Source: Octopus sinensis
Taxonomy: Eukaryota
DNA length: 31,382 nucleotides
Reading direction: 5' to 3'
Assembly: GCF_006345805.1 (NCBI RefSeq)
Contig: NW_021832308.1
Location: 1 to 31,382, forward strand
A model generated the notes under the pieces. The model had not been told where the DNA came from. It saw nothing but the letters and a program-made list of their open reading frames with translations, and did no database searches. Position 1 is the first letter of the stretch; the number at the start of each line of letters is the position of its first letter. The position numbers were made by a program, and so were the translations under genes. This document shows positions 22,610 through 31,382 of this stretch, in pieces.

Positions 22610-22814
22610 TGTTATGGGCAATGTCATTAATCCGGGCAATTACCATAGTGATCTTAAATTCTCTATCGGGTTGAGTTTGCATATCAATCAAATCAATTTG
22701 GCATCTTGAATTAAAATGTTCACTTTGAATAGGTTTAACTACAATTTCCTTCTTGTGAATTTTCGCTTTTTCTGGCGTTAAATAATGAAATTTGATTTTA
22801 TCAAATCCAGACAT
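22610..22814 (-). mobile_element. KRBA2/SCAND3-like (GingerRoot-type) transposase fragment fused to a TGT-type TIR
   Basis: VVKPIQSEHFNSRCQIDLIDMQTQPDREFK followed by the same coding-to-TIR junction as 12654-12707 (48/54 nt identical, opposite orientation). Confidence 0.75.
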
Positions 22815-22821
22815 CTAACTA

Positions 22822-23340
22822 CAGTCAAACCTCTCGAATCCGTCATTTTTCAAATCCAATTGTTTTAGTTAAAAATTTTGAATTTCTTATAGAAGATTTT
22901 CGAATCCGCTCGTCATTAATTTGAAACAAAAAATTTTTTTTCTTAATTGTTAATTAAATTAATTGTCATTTAAATAACACGTCACATTGTTTTCTTGAGA
23001 TGCCTCGTTGTACTAGATTTTGTATCACGAAAAAATTTTTATTTTTGGTTATATTTCTGAAACTCGTCAATGGATTTCTAGAATATGGCTATATTGAAAA
23101 TTAAAACTATTGAATTTTTGGAAGGGCAATCTCGAGAAGATGAAATACTTCAATCAGTACTTGATTTTATTTAATGACTTAAATTAGGAAACAAGTAATG
23201 TTGAAAAAAAAGTTGAGCTTTCGGAAGCTTACAGAGCACTAACGAACATTAAACTTACATTTCTCAAATCAAAAATTCAAATATTGATGATCCCGAAAAT
23301 ATTACAAAAATTGGCGAACCGGGTAGAAAATCAAATAAAA
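22822..23340. mobile_element. pogo/Tigger-like remnant
   Basis: TA followed by CAGTCAAACCTCTCGAATCCG (pogo-type TIR start) at 22820-22842, and decayed coding-like sequence including ELSEAYRAL. Other TIR not found. Confidence 0.45.
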
Positions 23341-23377
23341 AAGAAAATATTTATTTGAAAAAAATAAATTTATTATA

Positions 23378-24120
23378 CAGTTGAACCTCTGCACCAATAG
23401 AAATCCGCCCCAAATACAGAGGGTATGATAATTTATGATTCACAATTTCAATACCACACCAATCATATAATTGAGAGTCATTTTCAGTTCCATCAAATTC
23501 TATTTGCATTAAATCTGAATTATGAGTCTCCAAAAGTTCAAATTGAATGTTTTGATTAATTTCGAAATCATTAATTCATTTATTTTATTTTAACAATTAT
23601 GTCTTTTGTTACTCGATTCAATGCTTCTCTTACATATATGATAACTTGTCGCATATTTATCTTCAATAATGTCTCATAATAATGTCTAATAAATATCGGC
23701 AATACAAATTTCTCATAAAAAACATTTGAATAAGTAATTTAAAAGAATTGATGATCCCCATTTCAAGGGTTTAAAGAATGGTAGTTGTATTCTTTGGAGG
23801 TTTGAGGAATGTAAGATTTGAATAATTTAGACATCTATGACATTATTAAGAAGAATTAAAATTTTTGGATTTTGTGAAAATATTTCATCATTGTTTTAAA
23901 TCATTACTTCATAATCTTGAGTTCTTATATTTTTAAGACACCTGGGTGATTTATACTTTCCAATAACCAAAGGTTTTAACTTTTCACCTTTAATAGAACA
24001 GCATAAAAAATTGTTATTTTTTCTTTACAGATTTTTCTATCAAAGCAATTTTCATCTTTAGTGACAAATGATTTATTCGGATTTTTTTAATGAAAAGCAG
24101 GTTTCTTCACAATTAAAAAT
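23378..24120 (-). mobile_element. Decayed pogo/Tigger (DDE_1) transposase with TIR
   Basis: TA|CAGTTGAACCTCT at 23376-23390. Minus-strand translation gives NCEETCF...LCCSIKGEKLKPLVIGKYKSPRCLKN...KILILLNN...PPKNTTTIL.PLEMGIINSFK. Confidence 0.75.
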
Positions 24121-24867
24121 GTCAAAAAAAAACGGTTAGTGTTGTGGTGCTTTTACAGTTTCTGAAAATTATCTCGATATAACCTTACTTTACACAATGG
24201 GGAAAGACCTGGCACCCACCCCTTTCTTCTTGTTGCCTTGCAAATTCTTCTGACAAATCCTTCACGGATCCTTCTGCCCAAATTATCAATAACGTTACCC
24301 TTTCCTACTAATGTGCGCATTGCGGATTCTCACAAAGGCACGTGCTTCGGGAGAATGGTATAGGAAAAGAAATCTTGCTGTCTTGTTCGCTGGAAAAAGG
24401 AAGCAGAATAGCAGAGCTGGTGGGGGATAGAGTTCGTGGAGGGACTTGTCTTACAGAATCGCCAATGGCCGGAATCGGCTGAATATGGCTTAACTAACTA
24501 ACTATGTTGAATTTATCATAAAGTCACCGTATTCTTCGTAAAATTTTTTTAATTGAATTTTTGTCAGAGGAATTTTTTCACCAGACATTGATAGTTCATG
24601 ACGTTTTTTAAAGCGGTCTAGCATCCATTAGAGACTTTAAAGCTGCTAAATTTATAGGAGTTGCGATATTTCTGCAATTTTTGTAAATTAAACATCAGGA
24701 AATTGAAATTCCATCTTGCCTCAGATTCCTTAAAAGATCAAAAACCAGACGATCGAGTTTCGATGATTTGATTCATAATTTTTGTATAGAAATGCGTCAG
24801 TAATAGGATTGGAATCAAATCCTTGTTTATCGTTATTATTAACGCACTTATTGTAGAGCCATAATAA

Positions 24868-25267
24868 CTATAGTCCAAAACCCAAAACAATGTTAGTAAC
24901 GAGTCTCCTCCATTTTCCTCGGTTAAGCGCTGTGAGCCGCAGCCTGTCCAAGTCATCACCGGTCTTGAGACAGGATTTGATATGGGCGAGGTCCGCATTC
25001 GGAACGACAGGTAACGTAGTGCGTAGGCGTCCCCAGAACCTTGGTTTGTCACATTGGAAGTAATCCTCCATTATCGTATTTGCGGGTGTGAATCCCTGCC
25101 AATAGTGCTTCTATTTGCTGGGAAGTAGGATAGACGATAGTTTCCATATGATTCATCAGCCCCTTCCAAGAACTTCGTTTCTTGTATACATCCGATTGAT
25201 ACATTGTATCTCTCAAAATCTTCGCACAATTGTTGTCATTTATATGTATTTGAAATTTTCCTGACAT
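24868..25267 (-). mobile_element. C-terminal relic of an RTE-like non-LTR RT ORF
   Basis: GRLRTTLPVVPNADL...LKTGDDLDRLRLTALNRGKWRRLV resembles RTE-type C-termini. Heavily decayed. Confidence 0.5.
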
Positions 25268-25379
25268 TAAAAGTGACGATAGATAGTCCCAACAATTAAT
25301 TTAGGTGTTTTCCATACATTATGCAATAGAGCTACGTCACCAGATCAACCAAAATTCTTGTTTAGTTTTTATTTGTATT

Positions 25380-25480
25380 ATAGATACTGTTCCCTTCCCA
25401 ACTTTAAACATCTTGGATATTTCCCTTTCGGACATAGAGTTTACCAACGGCTCAAAATTTTTTTTCCTTAAAGAACAAGA
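25380..25480 (-). mobile_element. HTH-psq/CENP-B-type N-terminal fragment of a pogo/Tigger transposase
   Basis: MSEREISKMFKVGKGTVS is collinear with the DDE remnant at 23378-24120, suggesting one element split by insertions. Confidence 0.45.
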
Positions 25481-25694
25481 AAATTGTTGTATAATTACTA
25501 AACCAGACGCTATAATTTAAAATAAAATAATGCATTAAAATTTCATTTAAAATTATTTATAAAATGTCCCAATACGCGGGGTCAATAAATTTTTATAGAT
25601 TTTAAAAATGTAACTTTTAATTAGAATTGATTATTTAAAATTTTAATTCTCTAAGCATAAATAATGAGTTTTCCCGATTAAATTAACATATCAT

Positions 25695-28548
25695 GCCTTT
25701 TTCCATTTATCCTGCATCAAGCTTTCTAAGAAATCTGCCTCTTCCCTTTCCCGATGGGTTTGCTCTGCTTGCTCTTCTTTCCCCCCGTCATATTTCGCTC
25801 CTGCCATCTGTACCGGGTCCTCTGATTTTACTAATCCTATCCCTTCGCCGGACCCCTTCCTGCTTAATCCAGAGTCTGTCTTAAGACTCGCTCGTGATTA
25901 CCGGGCGTCCTATCGTATTCCTATAAGAATTCCTCGTTCTGCCCGTTTTTCCGCGGCGAAGGCTCTGTCTGCTTTGATCGAGTCAGTCATTTGTGTTCAG
26001 TCCATTCCGAATTGGAACCGTTTGTTTTGCTTTGCCATATTTGCCCTGGGCTCCCCAGTTCAAGGCTTGGGCTCGGTAAAATCCCTTTCCTCTTCCATCA
26101 AGGAAAATATTAATAAGTTCATGGAGGATTCCTTCATTCTGCCTCCTCTTCTGGGCAAGTCCCATGAACCAACTACTCTTAAAGATAATCGTATTCGTTT
26201 ACGCAAACGTGTCAATTCCTGCCTTATGGCGCATGATGTCGGCTCTGCGGTCCGTATTCTTTCGTCTTCCGATTCCGTCCGTTCGATAACCCCGGATGTC
26301 CTCAAAATTCTCAGCGCCAAGCACCCGGCTGGCGATGTCCCTGCCTTTTGTGCCCGGACCCCTGAGGAGGTCTCGATCGCCTCTTCATCTGTCCAACAAC
26401 TTTTGTTAGCTTTGAAATCTTTCAGGGGGAACAGTAGTGGTGGTGTTGACGGTCTCCGTCCCATTCACTTAATGGACCTCATCTCCAATACTGCTGAGGC
26501 TGGAAACCGTCTTTCTCAATCCATTGCCAAGCTTTGTAACCTATTTCTCCGTGGGGACATATCCGAGCATGCCAGACTGCTCTTCTTCTCTGCGAACCTG
26601 TCTGCTTTGGGGAAGAAAGACGGCGGCATCAGACCTATTGCCGTCGGGAACGTTTTTCGTCGCTTGTTTGCAAAGGTCGGATGCAAGCTTGTAATTCCTT
26701 CTATTAGCGACGAACTCCAGCCCATTCAGTTGGGTGTGGGGGTACCTGGTGGGTGCGAGGCCTCGGTCCACGCTGCCCGGTGTTTCATTGAATCGGCTCG
26801 TCTCTCAGAGCGGCCCCAGTTATTATTAAAATTGGATGTGAAGAACGCTTTCAATTCGCTCAATAGAAAGCATCTTCTTGAGGTTTGCAAGGCCAGAATT
26901 CCTTCTCTGCTGCCCTTCATTTTTCTTTCTTATGGTAACCCGACCCTCTTGGTTGCTGGCGATTCTTTCATTTCGTCTTCCTGTGGCGTACAGCAAGGCG
27001 ATCCTTTGGGTCCTTTATTATTTGCCCTCTCGGTGGACTTTGTCGCCCGCAGGATTGCGTCCCCTCTTAATATTTGGTATTTGGACGACTGTACTATTGG
27101 TGGTCCGCCCGACATTTTGCTAAACGACTTGCAATCTCTACTCCCGGCGTTGTCATCTATTGGTCTTGAAATCAATTCTCTAAAATCTGAAATCGTTAAT
27201 CTTAACGTCGAAGACCTCACCTTCGAAGACCTTTTTGCCCAGTTTCGTGGCCTCTTGCCCGATCTGAGGCAGACCTCTTATCTGAACTTGAAATCCTGGG
27301 TGCCCCGATCCACCACCAATCGGTCTCTCGTATTCTCGATTCCAAGAGAAATGCTCTTGCTTCTCTTTGTGATAAACTTGTGGACATCGATCCCCATCCC
27401 GCTTTTTTTATCCTCAAAAACTTTCTTTTGATTCCGAGGATCAATTATGTCCTAAGGAGTTCCTGTTGCTTTTCTGTTCCCTCTGCTTTGGAGTCTTTTG
27501 ACGCTCTGGTGCGTTCTTCAGCCGAGATTATTTTTAACGTCAAGTTCGATGATGTCGGTTGGCGTCAGGCCAAACTTCCTGTTCCTTTTGGTGGGCTTGG
27601 GCTCCGCTCGGCTCTCGACATTTCTCTTCCCGCTTTCCTTTCATCGTCTTCAGGATTGTATCTTCTTGTCCATAAGATTCTTGAAAAATCGCCCGGATCT
27701 CGTTTGGACTCTGATATTAATTCTGCACTTTTGCTTTGAAGGAAAAAGGGCTTGAGTTCCCTTCTGATAGGTCCCTCCAACGTGAATGGGATAAAATTCT
27801 TAGTAAGCATCATGCGGACTCGTTGGAGGCTCTCCTGAACCAGCACAGACTGGCTTGTTACCGTGCCAGCCGCCAACCGCATTCTGGCTCTTGGCTTAAC
27901 TGCCTTCCTTCGACCCATTTGGACACCTGTCTTGACTCCGACGCCCTCCGTTTTGGCATTTGCCTCCGCCTCGGACTTCCGATCTGTAGTCCCCACCCCT
28001 GCCGGTGCGGATCTACTATGGACGTATACGGGCTCCATGCCCTCTCCTGCAAGAAAAGCGCGGGTCGTATTCCACGCCATTCGGCGATTAACAGAATCAT
28101 TCTCGACTCACTCGAAAAGGCCGGCTACCCTTCTGTCCTTGAGCCTAAGGGTCTCGACCGTGGTGACGGGAAAAGGCCGGACGGCTCTACGTTGTTCTCG
28201 TTTTATTCTGGGAGACCTTTGGTCTGGGATTCCACTTGTGTGGATACCTTCTCAAAGTCTTTCATCAACGAATCGGCCTCTCTTGCTGGGTCTCGTGCTA
28301 ATAAGGCTGAGCTTTCGAAGTGCCGGAAATATCAGTCTTTGATGGATGACTTTTGGTTTTGGCCAATCGTTGTCGAGACTTCCGGCGTCTTTGGCTCCGG
28401 GACCCTCACTTCCCTAAAGAAATTGGGACATCTTTGTTCTTCGCGGTCCAAGGACCCTAGGGAATTTACTTTCCTCATTCAGAGGATCCTGCTGGCTGTC
28501 ATGCGTGGCAACAGCTGTTCCCTCCGTCTCGCTGGGAGAATTTATTAG
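25695..28548 (+). mobile_element. Near-complete CRE-clade non-LTR retrotransposon: partial PHD-like finger, RT, CCHC and RLE; two 1-nt frameshifts
   Basis: RT motifs GGVDGLRP, KKDGGIRPIAVG, KLDVKNAFNS, GVQQGDPLGPLLF and WYLDD; CRCG...HALSC zinc knuckle; RLE KRPDG...WDSTCVDT...K..KY...VETSG. The frame is open from about 25668 to 27280, then shifts at about 27278 and about 27737. Confidence 0.93.
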
Positions 28549-28580
28549 TTTGTTGACTTTACTTAGTAGTTTGACCCTAA

Positions 28581-28643
28581 GGAATTAACATTAATGCTCA
28601 GGAATTAACATAATTGCCCAGATTAATGACTTTGCCAGTAACA
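28581..28643. repeat. Solo TIR of the KRBA2-like TGT...ACA family
   Basis: 28611-28643 is 30/33 identical to 12675-12707 and ends in GTAACA. Internal direct repeat GGAATTAACAT at 28581 and 28601. Confidence 0.65.
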
Positions 28644-29059
28644 TATTCATTGTTTTTTCATTTAAGTCGAGTTAGTTAGAAATGAATACGAAAAGCTACT
28701 TTTTTTAATTTCTATTTGCTCAAAAACCAAAAAATAACGTTAATGGCACGAGAATAATTAATATTGATACGCGGTCCAGCCACTGACAAATCCCAATTGC
28801 TAATGTAACTTTTTTTTGTTTTCTTTCAGAAAGAAAAATTTTAAAAAAATACATGAAATTAAATCTTTTTTGAAATTTTGCATGAAAAATTAATAAATAT
28901 GGAAAAAATAATATTTCCCAATTTTTATGAAACTTGTTCTTAGGAATTAACTGCTAAGTCAGATACCTTTGAAGTGAACACAGGATGGCTCTTTACTCAC
29001 CTCCTTCCATTCTTCCTGTTCTCTAGAAGTGGTGCTAAAATGAATGTCTTTACAAAATT

Positions 29060-29800
29060 TTCAGTTCGCGGCCTATAACCATTGATGTGCTGAAAAGCCG
29101 ATAGGCCCTCTTTGGAAAAATCTTAGAAATGGATGAAATATCGCCATTAAAGTCTACTTAAAATACAAGAGTTTCGTAATTTTATAAGAAGGCTTAGAAA
29201 CTACCTAATAAGGTGCTAAAAGAAAATCTATCTCTATTAAACATAAAAATATGGACATACCTTTTCTACCAATATTTTTTTAGTAAATATAAAAGAGCAT
29301 TTTTACCTTTAAATATGAACAGTCTTGATTCAATCCCAATTGAACTTCTGAAAAATGTATTTGACTCACACTCGATGATAATAGCTTAAATTTTAACAGC
29401 TGTTTTCTACTTCATTGTTTTCCCATTGGGAGAGGGATTATTAATCCCTATCCAAAAGCCGGGAAAAAAAAGGAGTGACCAGAGGCCGATTGTTGTGGTG
29501 ACTAATACAAAGAAATGTTTGTTGATCATTGCATTTGATAGAATATCAAAATACGTCATGCAAGATCTGTCCTTAGGCAAAAGTTGTTTTGTTCCAGAAA
29601 GATCGACAGCCGATGTAGTTTAAAGCCAACGTTAATTCGTTTCGTTATGTCAGAAGTATACAGATGTGATCCATATCCTCAGAATTGATCTCAGCAAAGC
29701 GTTCTATTGGATTGATTGGAATAAACTACTCAAATTGATAAAGAATATTGTTGACAAAGACAATAACTTTAAGGCTAAAACAGTTCAGGCCAAAATGAAG
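29060..29800 (+). mobile_element. Decayed RTE-like RT fragments
   Basis: ITIDVLKSR.ALFGKIL (about 29075-29130) and GLLIPIQKPGK...RPI...ERSTADVV...RIDLSKAF (29426-29710), with stops and frameshifts. Confidence 0.7.
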
Positions 29801-29915
29801 TCTTGATTCTCACTTTGAAATCGAAGTTCCTTCTTTCCAATACTTTTTTAAAGATATCTTCAAAATTCTTTCGCACGGCACTCCCCAAATTGTCTACTCA
29901 TAGTCCGAAGACTCC

Positions 29916-30015
29916 AAGTTTATTGTCAAGCTGGATGTCAGTAATGCTTTTAGCCGTGTTCGACAGGACAATTTACTCGAGGTGGTTTCTTTCCGATGCC
30001 CAGAGTTCCTAGCGT
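29916..30015 (+). mobile_element. Small CRE-like RT subdomain-3 relic
   Basis: KFIVKLDVSNAFSRVRQDNLLEVVSFRCPEFLAF aligns with LLLKLDVKNAFNSLNRKHLLEVCKARIPSLLPF in the full element. Confidence 0.6.
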
Positions 30016-30257
30016 TTAATCAGCCCACTACAATAAGAAGAAACTATAAGAGAAGAGTAATTAATGGTCTTCCTACTTTGAAATTAATTAAAAATAATTA
30101 ACTCTCTGGCTCTCTTTTTTTTAAATTATGTGTCTGGCATAAGCGAAACACTTACGTGCTTATGGCAACGCAGAAGTGCTATTTACATTATTGTAGGAAT
30201 GGTTGTTATAATTTTTGGTTTCACCAGTACAATCTTATACAAATATGTGTAAAAGGG

Positions 30258-30810
30258 CAAAGGTTCCCAACCTACGCGTTTTTGCGTCGCTAAATATATT
30301 TTGATGCGTCGCGAAAAATTTTAAATATAAAAAAATCAATTTAATTTATATGAATTTTGTCAAAATTATCAAAAATGTGCCTCGTCCCCTTTTCATTATT
30401 TATGACGAATATTTAAATAACGAAAAAATGCTTTCAAATAATTTAAAAGGACATTTCCAAACAAAACATCCTGAAATGGTTAACTAATTGCCATCTTTTT
30501 GATGGAAAATTATAATGGTTTCAGAAAAGGCAATCAATTATTTCTATGAACCCATTTTACGATCTACAATTGAAAAAAATTGTTAATAAAATTGATTTGA
30601 GACAAAATGTATTAAATGTTGTGGAATATGCACTAATGGTGCAAAAATAAGTACCGAAACAAATTATTACTGGCGAATTCATTAGCATAAAAATATCAAA
30701 CATGAATGTGGATATCAATGAGGTTATTAGTATTAACAGTAAAAACAACATTCGGTTCGATAACATCAATGCTCGCGCATGTGACAGCGTTATCCCATTC
30801 TCCATAAATT
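30258..30810 (+). mobile_element. Decayed hAT (Buster/ZBED5-type) element
   Basis: TIR-like CAAAGGTTCCCAACCT at 30258; BED-finger remnant LNNEKMLSNNLKGHFQTKHPE; catalytic-region remnant KCCGICTNGA. Confidence 0.65.
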
Positions 30811-30941
30811 AAAATAAAACAATTCTATATAGAAAATAGATTATAAATGACAAGGAAGTTAAAAATTAAAATTTTACAGTAATTAAATCAAAGTTTGATA
30901 AAAACAAGACATACAAGAAACTACAATCGATATTTAAAAAT

Positions 30942-31382
30942 GCATTGAATGTGATACGACGTGCCCTAGAGGCAGCAGGATTCCAAGCAAGACTGGAACC
31001 TGCGGGTCTTAACCGTAATGATGGGAGAAGGCCAGATGGAGTGACTCTTTCCCCCTACTCAGGGGGAAAACCACTAGTTTGGGACTCGACATGCGTGGAC
31101 ACTTTCACTCGAAGGAACATCAACATTTCCTTGCGTTCACCTGGATCGGCCGCTAACTTTGCTGAAAAAGCAAAAATTGCCAAATATTCCACAATCGGGG
31201 ATTCGTACCGCTTTGTTCCTGTGGCAGTCGAGACTTCGGGTGTCACAGGAACTGTAACTGAGTCATTCCTTAAAGAAATTGGACGAAAAATTGCTCATGT
31301 AAAAAACGATTGGAGGGAACCAACATGGCTTCGACAAAGAATAGGTTTGGCCGTTGTTCGCGGCAATGCTTATTCGATTATG
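30942..31382 (+). mobile_element. 5'-truncated CRE-like RLE domain running off the window end
   Basis: Uninterrupted frame: NVIRRALEAAG...EPAGL...RRPDGVT...WDSTCVDT...KIAKY...PVAVETSG...RQRIGLAVVRGNAYSI. Absent from the ORF track, probably because it has no stop inside the window. Confidence 0.85.

Noticed and set aside
25983-28342. Many overlapping or antisense ORFs within the CRE element
   Set aside because: Expected by-product of a GC-rich coding strand; no motifs.
28549-28600. Site-specific target (spliced-leader RNA or telomere repeat) for the CRE element
   Set aside because: 3' flanks of the copies at 8167 and 28548 share no motif, and no TSD or tandem target is visible.
1-31382. Alternative genetic code (stop-codon reassignment) to explain fragmented ORFs
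   Set aside because: Arp3 and KSR splice into stop-free frames ending in TGA and TAA. Fragmentation is explained by mini-introns and transposon decay.
1-31382. rRNA, tRNA, CRISPR arrays or prokaryotic operons
   Set aside because: None recognised; the sequence is intron-rich eukaryotic DNA.

Overview
AT-rich eukaryotic nuclear DNA from an animal with miniature spliceosomal introns. The organism is most plausibly a highly reduced metazoan parasite (dicyemid- or myxozoan-like); this is an inference and the species cannot be determined here. The supplied ORF track misses the real genes because they are split by 22-31 nt GT-AG introns. Manual splicing recovers four genes: a complete Arp3 (15576-16988, 8 introns, 404 aa); a complete KSR scaffold pseudokinase (19891-22481, about 17 introns; CC-SAM, C1 and kinase domains); a SAFB/SLTM-like RRM plus R/E-rich protein head-to-head with Arp3 (minus strand, 15203 to about 13453); and an LRR protein resembling the glycoprotein-hormone-receptor (LGR) ectodomain (minus strand, 1788 to about 972). 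Most of the remainder is transposon debris: a TGT...ACA integrase-type DNA transposon with 41-42 bp TIRs and a 6-bp TSD whose transposase carries host-type mini-introns, a second KRBA2-like TGT...ACA family, a near-intact CRE-clade RLE retrotransposon plus three relics, and MULE, Tc1/IS630, pogo/Tigger, hAT-Buster and other RT remnants. The most unusual signals are a 5'-to-3' reversal of strand composition inside genes, a perfect heat-shock-element-like triplication of an intron acceptor in KSR, an 18-nt or GT-TG intron candidate, and mini-introns inside a transposase. All gene models are manual and need RNA-seq confirmation.
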